A stretch of DNA of 64,000 nucleotides, taken from assembly GCA_965637545.1 (NCBI GenBank), contig OZ281495.1, forward strand, positions 22,878,001 to 22,942,000. Direction: 5' to 3'. The notes under the pieces were generated by a model that worked only from the letters and a program-made list of their open reading frames with translations, had not been told where the DNA came from and did not search any database. This document shows positions 1-12,100 of this stretch, piece after piece. The number at the start of each line of letters is the position of its first letter. Within the stretch, counting starts at the first letter, position 1. The DNA comes from Phallusia mammillata. Lineage: Eukaryota. The position numbers and the translations under genes are program-made.

Positions 1-76
1 TATAGATTCAGAGTAAGAAGCATATGATTTATGAAGTTGGTACTTTTACATCTGTACCAAATGTATTAAATTTTAG

Positions 77-3000
77 GTATGAAACTGATGCAAAAGATGG
101 GTTACAAGGTCGGCAAGGGACTTGGAAAGGGAAATCAGGGTATTGTTAATCCCATTGAAGCACACAAACGGGTGAGGAAGGTTGGGCTTGGAGCAGCAGG
201 CACAGAAAGAACCAAACAGTCTCTTATTCATTTTCCGACACAAGATTCTGAAGATGAGGAGGATGAAGAATTTAAAGTAAGTTTCGTTAACACTTTCAGT
301 GTGGCCAGCAATCACACAAACATGCGCTCAGTGCAGACTTTTGTTAATTGTTTTAATTATTGCACACAATTGCATTGTCCTGTCTGCTGCAAGGCCTCAA
401 CACTATCAATAACGAATTACAATGGAAGTAATGTTACAACTTATGCACTGGAAAACTTCTAGACAATAATTTACTGCTTTAAATTTAACTTGTGCGAACA
501 TTTATACATTATAACTACCTCAAGCCTTTGCAAGTAAAGTTGCCTTTGTTACATTGTAATGAAACAAGACTCCATTCATATAATCAAGTTTAATGCGCGC
601 CAACCGTTGCCCAAGGCATGCGCCGATCACACATTTTATGGTGTGGGCTGTCTCTACGTACATTAACAGACAGCCGCCTTTTTGATCAAAAACTTTTGAC
701 TTAAATTTAAGTCAATCCGCACTCTTCGCAAAACGTCTTTGGACATAGATATGGTCAACCGCATTAAAAGTGTTAAAATTATATTTTACCTCCTTTTTAA
801 AATATCTATTAATGTCCAAAAACACTGTATTCAAAAGGAAATAAAAGGCGTTTGATTTTGGAATTGTTTTGTGCTTGACCTAAAATTATGTTTAGTCGGA
901 GTTACAACAGTGGAGAAAGGGTGATGAGCCAAAACAAAAGAAACCAAAATACAAATACAAGACAATTGAAGAACTTAAGAAAAGCGGGAAAACAGCAAGA
1001 AAAAGAAAAGAAGCATCCCCTGAGCCCACAACTGCCCCAACCAGTGGTTTAGCAAATGTAAAAGTAATTGATATGACTGGAAAGGAGAAGAAAGTCTTTT
1101 CGGGGTAAGATTAGATAAAGTTAAACTAATAATTTAGGGATAATTGAAAAGTTTTGTTTGTTTGAACAAAGTTTACATTCTTTACAGGCCTGACCAAAAT
1201 AGTATAAATTTTCTCTTACTTCAAGTCTGATGCTTTGTCCGGGGTTGTATAGCTAGTCGTGCTTTGTCTAATGCTTCTAATGGTTAGATTCAAGGTTTCA
1301 TTTGAGAAATGAATACTTTATTTGAATAGTTGAAATACAAAAAATGCATTTAATCAGTATGCCATTTTCAGCATTCATCTATATTTGAATGTTGTGTTCT
1401 ACAATGCTTATTTTACAGTTATCATGCAATTGCTGGAAGAGTTGCTGCAGGATCCGATGTTGAGAGTGATGTGGAAGCAGAGGAAAGAGAGGATCGATCA
1501 GGAATCTTTTCATGTCCTGAGCTCCTTCACAACCTTGATACTTTGATTGAAGAAACTGAACAAAAGATACTATCTGTATTTACCTTCACCTTTTTATTAT
1601 GAATTGCAAACAAGTTAAAGTTTTTGCACCTAATTTCATCTGCTCGTAACTGTGCTTATTTTTCTTACTGTATCAGGTGGATAGACAGAAGCAATATGAA
1701 GATGATAGATCGGTCGGTCTTGAACATCAGCGCACCAAACTTGAGGAAACTTTGGAGAAAGAGGCAGATGAAATAAATCGTGTTGAGGTAAAGTTTTTTG
1801 TAATAGTTACTTACAAAAAAATCGCCCAGCTTGTTGCTTGGTAGATAAAGACTATAATATACCTTATGTCTATTTGTTGAAGGTTCATGAAAAACATTAA
1901 GTCATTAATCCTTAAGATTTTAAGATACATATATTTTGCCTTAACAGCATTATCAGTATCTTCTTCGAGTAAAACCTAATGTTTGTCATGAACTTTAATC
2001 AATTTGAAAAAGTTGTGTAGTTGTTCCTGGTATCTTTAACATAGTTTTCCCGAGTTCTGTGTCTTTAGTTTTCTGTACATTTAGACTGTTTTGAGAACTA
2101 TTCAACTTTGTGAGGAAAGATTAACCACAGAAGGCAACAATGAAGATTTACTTGATCATTTTGCCGAAGTAATTGCTGAGCTGCAGGTATATTGTTTAAA
2201 GCCAAATTTATATGCTAATAAAATTTTTAATATGTGATTTCGTGAATAAATCCATTTCTGTCTTCCAGGAAAAGTACTTTGCAGAATATAGGATGTTCGA
2301 GCTTTCCGACCTAGCAAGGGTAATGGTATATCCTTTACTACAAAAATATTTTGCGAAGTAAGCCACAGTGAATTGTTGTGTCTTTGTCTCTTTATCATTG
2401 GAGCTGCCACCTATGCAATAGCTTGTACAAAGGTTGCATAATGTGTCAGAAATTATTACACAAGAATAAAAAAAAATTGTCCACAAATTCAGAACTACAA
2501 TGTTTCAAAAAGTGCAAATTCAAACTTCTTGGGGCAAGTTATTAACATGTTAAATTTTGTGTTTAGTTGGAATCCACTGAAAGATCCACGTTTTGGAATC
2601 AGCGAAATGAAACGATGGAAGTTATTGTTCGAACTTGACAAATCTGCATATGCTGTGCAGGTATGCAACCTAATTTTTTTGATATAAGCTGTTAAGAAAC
2701 CCTTTTCATCAAATGTTTTAGTTTTTGTTTACCTGGCCAAACCCTTACAAAATAGTTTTTCTCAATAAGGCCTGGACTATTTTATTGCAATGCTAGGCAA
2801 CATTTCAGGTTTTGTTTGTTACTAACGACCGCCAGTGTGAGCTAGAGAGTTACAATAATGTGCAGATAGCTACCTATGTCTACTGAGGTAGTAATATTTT
2901 CTTTTCCAAAAAATATTTTCTTAAAATTTATCCATACCAAAATTGTCTTTATATCCTAGGTTCTGAAATTGAAATCAACGACCGCCGATACAAATAGTTT

Positions 3001-6000
3001 AGTATAAATTTGTATCGCATAGTGTTGCAGGTTGTGTATAATGTTTGCATACACATGCTGCACATACTGAAATGTAAATTGCATTCGTATCACTTAAGGT
3101 GTCAAATTATATATTTTAGAATGTAAGTGAGGATACGGATGTTTACCAACACATGATGTGGGATGTGTGGATGCCATTTGTCCGGACAGCTCTTCTCTCA
3201 TGGGATCCTCATGATTGCGAACCCATGTTAAATTTGATCGAGCAATGGATGCCATTCTTGCCATCTTGGATGCTGGAAAATGTCCTTAACCAACTGGTCG
3301 ATATTTTTTACCTATCTGCGATTTTGCAATAAATTTGTGTACTACGTGTTGAGCTACATAAGGGCCTTTTTAAACGCTATTCGGTACTTATCAAATGTCA
3401 ATTTTGTTTGTATTATCGACCTAGTGATTAAATACCTTTTTAAATTGGTAACTAAACTACCTTTAATGTTTAAACATCATTAACATCAACTTTAGCTTAA
3501 TTTTGCACTTGATTTTTTACAATAGGTGCTACCCCGTTTGCAACAGGAAGTGGATAGGTGGAACCCCTTAACCGATCCGGTTCCTCTCCATTCATGGATC
3601 CACCCGTGGTTGCCACACATGCACGAGAGGCTCGAATCACTGTAAGATGCGGACGGTAACTTTCTACCCCCATTCGAAAACGCCTCGGTCTGTTCAAACA
3701 GTTGAACGGTCCGAGGCGGTTATCAATTCCGAACTGCAAAAACAAAATTCTCAAACGTATCACTGAAATGTTGTCCATTTTCAATGTTACAAAATTTTTA
3801 TTCGTCCACACTTTGGCTAAAAACGTTGTAAATGAATACAACCAAAACAGACATTCATGACTAATCACAGCTATTTAACACTATTTATAAAAAGCCAACA
3901 TTTGAACTAACTTAAATATCGTTTACACATCAATGATGTATGTATGATTAAATCATAATACCGAAAACGAGTGTGTTGTATGGAGTATGACTGTGTAGTA
4001 TAAACTTTTTGTTTGTTTTCCCATGTGACAGGTATGGACCAATCAGACATAAACTTGCAACAGCTCTGCAGATGTGGCACCCACGTGACCCGTCCGCCCG
4101 AATCATTCTGGAACCGTGGCAGAAGGTTTTTTCGCGTGGAAGTTGGGATGCCTTCATCATCAAAACAATCCTGCCTAAGCTCGGTAAAGCTTTTAAATAC
4201 TCACATGCAAAACTGCCCTGTATATTGATATGTGCAACAGACAGTTGTGCCAAGATATGACTTTCACGATGCAACACCGCAGAGTTTGTAGTGTAGGCCA
4301 GTATTTTCTAGCTAACGTTTTGCTGCTCGAAAAATCGTAAATAGACTGCTCTAATTTCTTATCGGGTAGTTTGTCGTACTGGCCTAGGATGACGCCAAAA
4401 TGAAGCAAAAACAATACAACAATTTTGTGTCAAAAATTTTTGCCTTTTTGAAAACACCGTTAAACCTTTTTTTAGACTATTCAAGTCCAACACTTAGACT
4501 TAAGTTTGCCTAAAATTTAGAAATGTGTAGTACTTGGTCGAATAGTTTTGTACTTTGGATCGTCAAGTTTTGCTTGATTCTGCGTTGTAATTTCATATTC
4601 TGAACATGCGTAAAAAATCCATTTAGCCACTGTGTCTCACACTGCCCTCTTTTCCTCAGCAAAATGCCTCCAAGAATTTGTGGTGGATCCGAGAAAACAG
4701 GATTTACAAGATTTCGAATGTGTGGTGGCATGGGAGGTGAGTGATTGTTATTCTCAGTCCACAATATTTGCAACGACTTTACCCGTCTTTTTAAGGGTTT
4801 AATCCCCCTACCCAGCCTTGTTACTTTGTTGGAAAAACATTTCTTTTCTAAATGGCTCCAAGCGCTCAGCGTTTGGCTGAACGGGAACGCCGACTTTGAC
4901 GAGGTCACCAAGTGGTACACAGGATGGAAGTCAATGTTTTCGGAAGAACTGAGTGCCAATTCATTTGTTAAAGTATGTGCAATAGAGTTGGTTAAACTGA
5001 TGTACAGCATTTTTATTTCAAAAATGCGACTGGTGGCGCTATTGTCATATGGTGCAGGTATATGACTGCAAACAAAATTTGTAAAATCGACACACGACTG
5101 TTACATAGCGGTCTTCTGGTTTGTAAATTAAGTTCACCGGCTGAAGATATGTAACTACAGATGGAACAAACCGTACGTGTGGTCGAATTAATCCTGCGTG
5201 ATCAATTTTTCCTGGCAGGCAATGGTATTAAGCAAATGTTTTAAGTCTACTTGTCGTGTAAAAGTCTGAACGCTTGTTGACTTTTTGTGTCATGTCATCA
5301 CGTGGGCAATAAGTCATTTGATGGGATACTGGGCCAAATAAAAGTTTTTAGGTTTCTGCCTATGACTCATGTGTAGGCACATTTTAATTACCATGTATTC
5401 AATATGTTTTACACAACACAGATGGAACCGGCGTTTAAAATGTGCATGCTACAACGCATACTAAAATAAAAATTCACTTCTACTATAATGCGAAACATGA
5501 TTACTGTAATTGACGATTTCAATACGGGTCACAGGACAGGTTCAAACAGGCGTTGAAAATGATGAATCGTGCGGTGGAAGGCTTCAAGCAGGAACCGACC
5601 GAATATGAACAACCGGAAGCACCACAAGAGGTGAAAAGTGTAAAGTGTACAATTGCGCGACCTTATTACTGCGCTGCAACCCTTTTGTACATGATAGCAG
5701 ATCGCATGACGTAGCTTTATTTTGTCCATACGTCATGACCTATAATCGCAACTTACGTCTATAAAAAGGTAAACATATCACGTACTTTATGGACCGGGTT
5801 TCGGATTAAGGATTTAAATCATTTCATTGTTTTGTGCTGTCATTGTTTGTTTGATGCTATAATGTAATCGGATTTGCCGGGTGACTTCGGTAACGGTCTG
5901 TAAGCATAGATTACACCTCACAATTTAAAATTTAGGAATGATTTAAGCCGATTTGGGACTATTTGTTCTGCATTTATATTACGAAATAGCTGGGGGGGGG

Positions 6001-6702
6001 TCAGAATTGGTTCATTGGCTTTAAAATAACTTTTGTTCCTAATGCTTGTAAAACTGAAATAAAGATTCACTACAAGCTAAATTTAGAGCGTGTGTGCACT
6101 ACGTAAGACTGGTGGCCCAAGCCTAGCCCTTCATTGGTTTGCTAACACAAACAGTAGTCTTTCACCTGTCCCGTAACGAGATCTTTTTTAGCTGCGCACT
6201 AAAACTTTGCGTTACCTCTAAAAAGCATGTGCTTGAACTTGCGGCATACGACTAGATTTACAAATGCCAGCGTCTCTATTTTAGGCATACACCAAAAATT
6301 TGGATTTTTTCTAGCAGTTCGAATGCTTGTCACAAAAGCCTAATTTTGTAGTTTATGTATGTGTATGTGGTCGTTGACCAATCAGACATGCTTAGGCCAA
6401 GCGTGATCGGACAGAACACGTTTGCAGTTTGAATTACAATAAACAATTTGACCTTATCGTTGTAGGACTATCGATATCAACGTACTGCCCCTGCGTCATC
6501 CGTGCCTTCAAGTTTCAAAGATCTTGTTCAAATGCGTGCAGAGGAACGGGGAATGCTCTTCATGCCCTTGCCAAAGAACAGAGACGGTCAGACGCTTTAT
6601 CGTCTTGGCGAACACGTTGTCTACATCGACAAAGGCGTTATCTTTCAGAAGGCCGGTGATGCTTACCTTCCCGTGTCGCTGCAGGATATGCTTGAACAAT
6701 AG
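77..6702 (+). CDS. TFIP11: Tuftelin-interacting protein 11 (G-patch spliceosome disassembly factor), 5'-partial, multi-exon
   Basis: Exons joined at GT-AG sites: 77-276, 896-1104, 1419-1575, 1677-1787, 2085-2186, 2269-2357, 2567-2660, 3121-3296, 3526-3641, 4032-4183, 4660-4736, 4796-4972, 5535-5630, 6466-6702. G-patch [25 protein letters not shown]; GCFC-region motifs [36 protein letters not shown]; C-terminal [12 protein letters not shown]...[10 protein letters not shown]. Confidence 0.95.
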
Positions 6703-7392
6703 AAATCATGTTACTGCTATTTGCCGCTTGATGGCGTCGAAGAGCTGTAAGTATATTGTTCAGGTGTTTGCGACACAAGCAGATGCAATGCCGGCGGAGG
6801 AACTCATCCCGTTTGGAAATAACGCGCCGTTGTTATGTTTAATGTCATTAAAGTTTTCGACTTGCTTGCAGATGGCCGTATGTTTGAATCTCAAGTCATG
6901 ATGTAAGAGAGAGTAAACATCTCAAACAACCGTTTGTCTAATGAAGCAAAAAATGCAGCTGTGGTGGTTTCGAAATGCGATAGTTTCGAAGGGCTGATGC
7001 AAAGCGAATTCCGTGACCGAGAGTACTGTAATTTTGTGACCAAATTTTATGACAATACATCAGTGAATACTTTTGCCTTTTTATTGCTTGACGAAATATT
7101 GCATCTTTTTTGAAAAATATCGTATTTATGACGTACACGTCGGGCCGGGTGCGTGTTCGGGCTTCAGTTTCAACAAAACGGGCTTGATTCGGGCCTGACT
7201 TCACACTTCGTTGTTTCCGAATTTTGATATACTTTCTGGCGTTGTCTTTTCAATAGAGTTTGAATAGGTCTGTGTTCGGGCCCAATTTCATTCCCACTTA
7301 CAACTTTGATACGGATTTGCGGCTAAACCTATCACATTCGATCATGCTACACGCCGATGCCACGTGCCCGGCCGCAGGTTTATGTTGTAGAT

Positions 7393-7653
7393 CAGTGATT
7401 CTCAAACTTATATGGATCGCGTACCACTAAACCCCGTTTGAATGGATAGACCAAGAAATAGGCCCCTTTTCTCAACCTGACCAGCATATTTAGCAATTTT
7501 AAAATAATGTCCAAAACAAGAGTTTCGCCCAAACCAGGGCCGATCAGTTGGGTCAGTTGAGTTGCAATTTTAAATCGGACTTAATAGCTATAGCAGAAAA
7601 CTACTCGCGTACCACCTAAAAAGTTCTAGCGTACCACAGTTTGAGAACCACTG
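7393..7653. mobile_element. hAT (Charlie-like) MITE, 261 bp
   Basis: TIRs CAGTG(A/G)TTCTCAAACT at both ends; perfect 8-bp TSD TTGTAGAT at 7385-7392 and 7654-7661. Confidence 0.9.
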
Positions 7654-8516
7654 TTGTAGATCAATCGATACAATCGGCGGACGCGAAAAACAAGTGCTTC
7701 TGTACGATTGGCAGTCATTGTGAGTATTGCTCACCCATGTTGCAGCGTAGGAAACAAATAAAGGCGCGTGCGTCAACTGCTCGGCGCATAAAGCGTCGCG
7801 GTTGATCACGACAATGACCAAACCTTCCCGTAAACCCTTGTTTAACTGCCAACAAAGCACCTGTTGGGCAAGGGGAGCCGGTTTCCTTTTGTGGCCGCAG
7901 CGTCTCCGCTTTAAATACTCAGTTCTCACCACTCTGCGCCGGCACTCAGGAAGCGCACAAACTGCTGCAACGAGCTGCCTGGCATTTTTAAACGAAGTTG
8001 GCTTAGTTTTATACGCTACATGACGCTTTGACGTCATTACAAACCAATTCGGGTGGCAGACTTCACAAAAGCCAGCTGCTGTAACTATTTTTCTTGCTTC
8101 TTTTGTTAATTACACATACGTTTCTACTTACACAGACGGACGTAGAATTGCACTTCTATGACCTGAACTTGATGTTCTGCCAGGGTAACCTTTTATGTTT
8201 AAGGATTACTTTTATAGACATGATTTTGACAACTTGTTAGCTGTCAAATACGGTGATATGTTTGATTTTTTTGAAAAATCTAGTAGTTATTTAACAAACG
8301 CATTGGAAACTCCACACGAAGGCGGCAAGTTGCATGTCTGGCTCAACAGGCCTGACTTCACACTCGGCATAATTTAATGCCTCAAATTCACCATATTCCA
8401 ATGCTTTGTTTCAAGAAAAAGCGTCGGGTTACCGGCTTGTAATGACAAGTCCAGTTCTCTTACAACTCTGACTGAAGCAGGTATGTGACTGATAAAAATA
8501 CTTGTAGAAGTTTAAA

Positions 8517-8522
8517 TTTATT
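8517..8522 (-). terminator. Candidate polyadenylation signal of the EMID1/COL26A1-like gene
   Basis: AATAAA on the minus strand about 630 nt downstream of the predicted stop at 9151. Confidence 0.35.
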
Positions 8523-9150
8523 GCGTGGTGTTTCGTTCCATCCGATGCGATTGGTTGCGAAACTGAGGTGAAAAAAAAACGGTAAACAGCAACGTCGAGG
8601 TGCGTGAAAAAACAGATGTTCGTCCATGTGTTTTATGCTGAGGAGCAGAAGATAGCGGATTGTGAAACAATACGAGCTGCGGGTGGTAAAAAATGTTGGA
8701 CAAGGCACGCTTAAACATCGTCTAAATCACAACAAAAAAGGCACAATAGAACTTCGCGCAAGATCAGGTATGGCGTGATGCAATGCGATAAACGAGATCC
8801 AAAAGATCAAGACAATAGAAAACAACTACGGAGAAAATCGCCGGAACACGTAGAACATCGACGTAGAAAGAAAAGTGCACTTGCAAGAGCATAACTGAAC
8901 GCACAAGGCATGTAACATTAAATAAAAAGGAAAAGAATAGCAACCAGTAGGTGAACATAAAGGTACGTCTGCGGGACGCTATGGAACAATGGCAAGGATG
9001 ATTTTTTTTTCTTTGATCCGCGAGTGCGACCACAAATGAAACTTGGTCGTCCGCGGCACGAAACTGTTGGTTGTGCTGTCATGGCGGGGCTCGCAACACC
9101 GCCGACGACGGGTGGTTAGGTTTGCGTTTTACGCGACGTTTAGTCTTTGG

Positions 9151-12100
9151 TTACTGGCCACCCGGCGTTTCATCATTTTCTACACCAACAAAGTCCTGCA
9201 AAAATAAATGACAACTCGGTGAAGTTTGTAAAATGCAATTTGCCAAATTATGTGCAGCAGTAAACTAAGGCACTCGTTGATATTTTGCTTAATTGATAAC
9301 AATAGTGTATGCATCCAATGAAACTAATAGATAAAACCAAAAAATTACTTCTGCATCTGTATAGGCTACATTATATGGAATCCTGACATACCGTTGTAGG
9401 CGTTTCGACAGGTGAGCTGGTGTTGTCGTTACTGAATAAACCCGGAAGGTCGCTATTAAATCCGTGATTGATGAGATCGGGAACAACCACTTCTTCAATC
9501 TCACCTGTTCCAAGAATGCAAATTAGTGAGAAACCAAAATCTGTAATTAGCTCAATGATTGGTCCACTAAGCAAGGTATAAACTTAGTCAAAAACGTTGA
9601 CTGTGCAAAGGGTCACACGTGCAATTAGCCGGTGGTGACATACATGTTAGTGTAACAGCACCCCGGCTTAAACATTTCTTTGCCCAAATTTAACAACTTT
9701 TCGATTCTAAACTAGGCGCGTAACTTTGCAAGTGCATCGATGATCGACTATCTTACCTCCCGAGTGGTCGTCGGGTGGCATAAGGTTATTTAAAAACTGG
9801 TGCTCCAAGAAAACGATTCGCGATTGCAGCGATGCGATCGTGTTCTTCATTTCCAGAAATTCTGCAGGGCTCAATGCCTGTGAAGTGAAACATACAGGTG
9901 GTCCATGCGCAAACAGTAAACAAGTGGTACAAGGTGACCTCAACATAAAGTATCCGCGCTATTTCGAAAATGAACCCCATAATACAAACTGGCGTGCTAT
10001 TATGGGATATAAGTAATAAACCCATGTGGAGCATTTCCATGCTTTGGTGCTTGGTGCTGTTTTTTTTTACCAGGTAGCCATTTGTCGTTGTTGGAAGGAG
10101 ACTTCTCCTTATTGGCCTTCAGCTTGTTCGCATTCAGTTCCAGGCTGCTCAGTCGATTGCGCACGTCCGTAATGACGATGTGCATACGACTGAAGTATTC
10201 TGATGTCTCAGTCACTTTACGGTCGAGCTTTTGAAGGCGTCGACTCACGCTCTTACACCGACATTTCAGTTTTAGTTTTTCCCCACAAATGTTAAACACT
10301 ACACTTACATAGGAACAAGATACTCACCGCGCCTAATGTAGCTTCCTTGTTTTCTTTGCTCTACAAAAAATATCAATTATGTCGATACTGGATGTTTTGT
10401 GGCCTATTAAAAGGCATCAAAGGGATGTTATCAATCTACATTACTTTTTCAAACGCTTTCGAAAGAACTGACAGTTATATCAATGAATATATTCATGCAA
10501 TTTAATTAATCGAAACCGCATGCAATGAAGAAGTAATCCTGCTTACCTTTCGACCTGGTGGTCCTCGTGGTCCTCGGGGACCCTACAATCAATACAAAGC
10601 AAATATTGTCATAAACATGAATCAGTACAAGCATTCCAAAGCACATGCAACAAGGATCACTGAAATTTGGTAATAAGGTGACTGCAAGGTTATGTGTTAT
10701 TGAAGGGGCAGGGCTGATGACATCCAATAGCAGCTTGCCTGATATTTGCTAAAGGCAATTCAACTTTCCTTCGTAGCAAGTTGTCGAAACCAAAGAAACA
10801 AATGTTATAATTACCCTTTTTCCGGTCCCGGGACGGCCACGGGGCCCTCTTGCTCCTCGCGCACCCTTTTCACCTTTAGCTCCTGGAGGTCCGATAGTTG
10901 TTTCGGGCCGACTTTCAATATGAGGCAAGATCTCCGACAAATCTTGTCCTGACAATTTATTTCAACAGTGTCATTATGGTCGGGCCACGGGATTCTCATG
11001 GACCATGTAAAAACATGTTTGAAAATGTTGTACTCGTTCAATAAACGATATCCCAAAATGGCATCAAGATCAATAGTCTATTTGTGTTTGCTTTCTATAA
11101 CTGATTTTATTTTTAGGATTTATTAAATCCTATTCCAAATCGTATTTGTTCCGCAAGCAAGGAATAAATGTTCTTCCATGTGTTATGTCATTTACTCATC
11201 TCTCCCCCACCATGGATGAACACGGTATTGTTTACATGCGAGTAAATTGACGAATCGGCCCAAAAAAGCCTACAAGATAAGTTACTTTTCCTGGAAATAG
11301 TGCCTTATTTAAATGTTACCACTCTTCTGTAGCTAAACTTGTAGTTTGAGATGGCATGCCTACGTGTCCTAAATACCACGTCCCTGTCACTCCATGATTT
11401 CAAACAGGCGAAAAGCAAAACGCGGTACGTCAAATCCTTACCGCAAACTCAAAGCGTCGATTGATGGAATACATGCAAAGTGTCGGGCGCACCCTTTACA
11501 CAACAACACTGAAATACATCAGACTCACCCTGAAGGTCGCTCTCCAGTGTGATAGTGAAGTTGAAGCCGTCGCCACCACAAGCCTTCTTGCATTCCTCGC
11601 CCGTCTCAAAGTTGTTGTCGTTGCCGCGACAACCGCCGTATACGAACACGGAGCAGAGATTCGTCCTCTGATCAAAGAAGTATCTGTAGAGCCCGGCCTT
11701 GCATGGACCTTCTTGTAGAGGCAGGGAACACTTGAGATTCGGACCGGGTGCACCGTCGGCTGCAAAACCACAAATATGGTAGGCAAGGTAGTATTTAAGA
11801 GCTTTCAGAAGACCATTGAAAGATTTAAACATAAATAATCACACGTAGGCTATTCCATTTTGAGAATTCCTTTATAAATGTGAAACCAGTATTATCAAGA
11901 TATTATTTTAATTCCTTACCGGATCCACTTGATGTCAATCCACTAGCCGCGCGGTTCCGTGGAGGGTAAACAATACTGGGGACTCCCCCACACACGCTCA
12001 CACATTCTTCAGCTTCTTCGAAGTTGTTTGCGTTTCCTTGACAACCGCCGTACACAAAGATTTGGCATTTGTCGGTTTCCGGATTGTAGTAAAAGTGCTG

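Noticed and set aside
7130-7330. Cluster of TTCGGGC motifs resembling hAT subterminal repeats
   Set aside because: No TIR or TSD could be delimited; probably an old TE relic.
7588-8037. 149-aa minus-strand ORF
   Set aside because: It starts at GTG/TTG-type calls, runs into the 7393-7653 MITE, and has no recognisable motif or splice context.
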